From the NCBI GenBank assembly GCA_043812495.1, contig JBDRMG010000047.1, forward strand, positions 43,771 to 107,770: 64,000 bases of DNA. Reading direction: 5' to 3'. Below are positions 62,797 to 64,000 of the stretch, one piece after another. The translations under genes were made by a program, and so were the position numbers. Below the pieces are notes generated by a model. The model did no database searches, was not told where the DNA came from, and worked only from the letters and a program-made list of their open reading frames with translations. Numbering within the stretch: the stretch's first letter is position 1; each line of letters begins with the position of its first letter. The stretch comes from Candidatus Omnitrophota bacterium. Lineage in GTDB: Bacteria; Omnitrophota; Gorgyraeia; Zapsychrales; JBDRMG01.

Positions 62797-63752
62797 TGAA
62801 TAATCCAGAATTGGCATATCTTTTAGGCATGCTTGCAGGAAAGGGTTTCATTAAGAGAGGAGAATCAACAACTGACATCTTAATTGAAATTCCTCACAAA
62901 AATTTAATTGTAGAGGATAAAGATGCGCAGCTTTCCGTCAAGGCGAGCTTAGATGACTTCCGAAACAACATCGAACCTTTAATTAGCGTTTCCGTTAGAA
63001 CTATCCAAGAGCGTATAAGGACAATCATCAAATTTTCTAAGCTCAACGAAGATTTTTTGATAAGGGAAATTAATCGTCATTATAGGAATAAAAGCGAGTG
63101 GAAAGATTTTAGAATTCCTAAGGATATTTTCTCAGCATCTTCAGATATAAAAAAAGAATTTTTGATTGGGCTATCCGATGTCACAGCCCATATTGGTCAT
63201 GGGGGCGAGGCATATGGTTACTCTCATGCTCACAGAGTGTTTGTGGAAATACCAGTGAATTGGTACTTGGCCGTTGATATCTGTAATTTATTGGCTGATT
63301 TGGATATTCCTGTTCAGAATATTGATTGGGGTCATCCAAATATGAGGGATGGCAATCTAAAAAAATATAGAGAGGGCAAAAAGAATTTTTGGAACAAGGA
63401 ACACCAGATTAAGATTTTTGCTGAGCTTTATGAAAAGATTGGATTCAGAATTATCCATAAAATGGAAATCTTAAAGAAGTTGGCTGATAAAAACCGTAGC
63501 GAATGGGATAAAGATCGAAGAAAAAAGGCGTCACGCGCTAAAAATGAGAAGACTAAAGAAAAATTCCTTTCGCAAGTTGGAAAGGTTGAAGAACAGCATA
63601 AGAAGTTCTATTGGGATGTTAAGAGGCTTGTAAGGAAGTCCAGGTCAGCTCATCCGATGGAAAAGAGTGAGTTGCTGCCTCCGGAAATCAGAGGAAAACA
63701 TTTTAATCATTGGACCGAGATTGCAGAAATCTTAGGTTATAAACCACGATAG
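62796..63752 (+). CDS. Hypothetical protein with an N-terminal LAGLIDADG-like motif lacking the catalytic acidic residues
   Basis: LAYLLGMLAGKGF near the N-terminus and a weaker second copy, FLIGLSDVTAHIG. Asp is replaced by Ala/Lys. Follows the two methyltransferases in the same operon. Confidence 0.4.
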   Translation: MNNPELAYLLGMLAGKGFIKRGESTTDILIEIPHKNLIVEDKDAQLSVKASLDDFRNNIEPLISVSVRTIQERIRTIIKFSKLNEDFLIREINRHYRNKSEWKDFRIPKDIFSASSDIKKEFLIGLSDVTAHIGHGGEAYGYSHAHRVFVEIPVNWYLAVDICNLLADLDIPVQNIDWGHPNMRDGNLKKYREGKKNFWNKEHQIKIFAELYEKIGFRIIHKMEILKKLADKNRSEWDKDRRKKASRAKNEKTKEKFLSQVGKVEEQHKKFYWDVKRLVRKSRSAHPMEKSELLPPEIRGKHFNHWTEIAEILGYKPR

Positions 63753-63755
63753 GCA

Positions 63756-64000
63756 TGAGCAAGCAGGAAGAAAAATTATATCCGGATATCGAAGAATGGT
63801 TAAAAGTATATTTAACTGAGAAATATTCGACCAATAAAATTATTACGACTCGCAAGACTTCTAGGCAGAATTTAGATGTTTGCCTTAAGAGCCTTGGAAT
63901 CGAGATCAAAGAAGCCATTGGATTATCGATTAAGGTTGACATCGTTGGTATCCTTGTGCGAGGGCAAAAAGTCAGATTGGTTTTTGTTGAGGTAAAAGAT
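63756..64000 (+). CDS. Partial CDS (runs off the window) with a PD-(D/E)xK-like nuclease motif; candidate restriction endonuclease
   Basis: The translation MSKQEEKLYPDIEEW…KVDIVGILVRGQKVRLVFVEVKD contains D…EVK spacing typical of PD-(D/E)xK. Not in the ORF track because it is truncated. Confidence 0.4.

Larger units (their letters stand above)
57032..64000. mobile_element. AT-rich integrative island (partial; continues beyond the window). It carries a large serine recombinase, a DUF2924-like gene, a LexA-like repressor and a restriction-modification gene set.
   Basis: It starts at the tRNA-Glu 3' end. There is a GC drop. A recombinase sits at the tRNA-proximal end. Methyltransferases and a nuclease are present. 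Confidence 0.6.

Noticed and set aside
62796-63752. Calling the 318 aa protein an active LAGLIDADG homing endonuclease
   Set aside because: The motif lacks the acidic catalytic residues (LAGKG instead of DADG/DGDG). There is no intron or intein context. Only a fold-level resemblance is suggested.

Overview
This 64 kb window is a bacterial chromosomal segment of roughly 50% GC, with several AT-rich accessory inserts. The phylum is unclear; the type III glutamine synthetase, DUF1846 protein, Flp pilin and FIST/PilZ/GGDEF signalling genes are compatible with several uncultivated lineages. All similarity calls come from reading the translations by eye, not from database searches.

The window has three parts.

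**Nitrogen and glutamine supercluster, about 1.2-22 kb and 37.7-48.9 kb.** In order it encodes an outer-membrane beta-barrel, amtB, glnK, type III glutamine synthetase and glutamine-dependent NAD synthetase. Next comes a REP-associated tyrosine transposase (RAYT, IS200-like) insertion. It continues with a Fis-like HTH protein, gltB, gltD, a PPDK_N/PEP-synthase-like ATP-grasp protein with a degenerate KaiC-like N-terminus, nfnAB and gdhA. Further on it resumes with carB, carA, a second carB, purF and pyrG. Almost every glutamine-amidotransferase pathway sits together with ammonium uptake and GS/GOGAT/GDH.

**Accessory islands.**
- 22.9-30.6 kb holds a tight, very AT-rich three-gene cassette of unknown proteins (23506-25344). 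It also holds a YhcG-N-terminal/SNase nuclease fusion, an RHH/RelE toxin-antitoxin pair, and a dinD-lexA operon with a palindromic operator.
- 35.3-37.5 kb is a low-GC insert bounded by about 258 bp direct repeats that duplicate the DUF1846 3' end, the intergenic region and the carB 5' end.
- 57.0-64.0 kb and beyond is a serine-recombinase island next to tRNA-Glu. It carries a second LexA-like repressor, two DNA methyltransferases, an ORF with a LAGLIDADG-like motif and a partial PD-(D/E)xK nuclease.

**Dense small palindromic repeats.**
- REP-like GCCCGCCAYTG hairpins are flanked by CTTCG.
- A broader hairpin superfamily has a symmetric TTC/TTC (GAA/GAA) triplet mismatch in the stem.
- Mosaic arrays of heterogeneous hairpins are joined by A/T-rich linkers.
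- A roughly 115 nt element carries its own consensus sigma70 promoter in three copies. It may be an sRNA, a leader RNA or a MITE.

Two tRNAs are present, Leu-GAG and Glu-CUC. There are also a HepT/MntA pair, rpe, an Flp pilin, a REC-GGDEF-like regulator, a GAF histidine kinase and a FIST protein.
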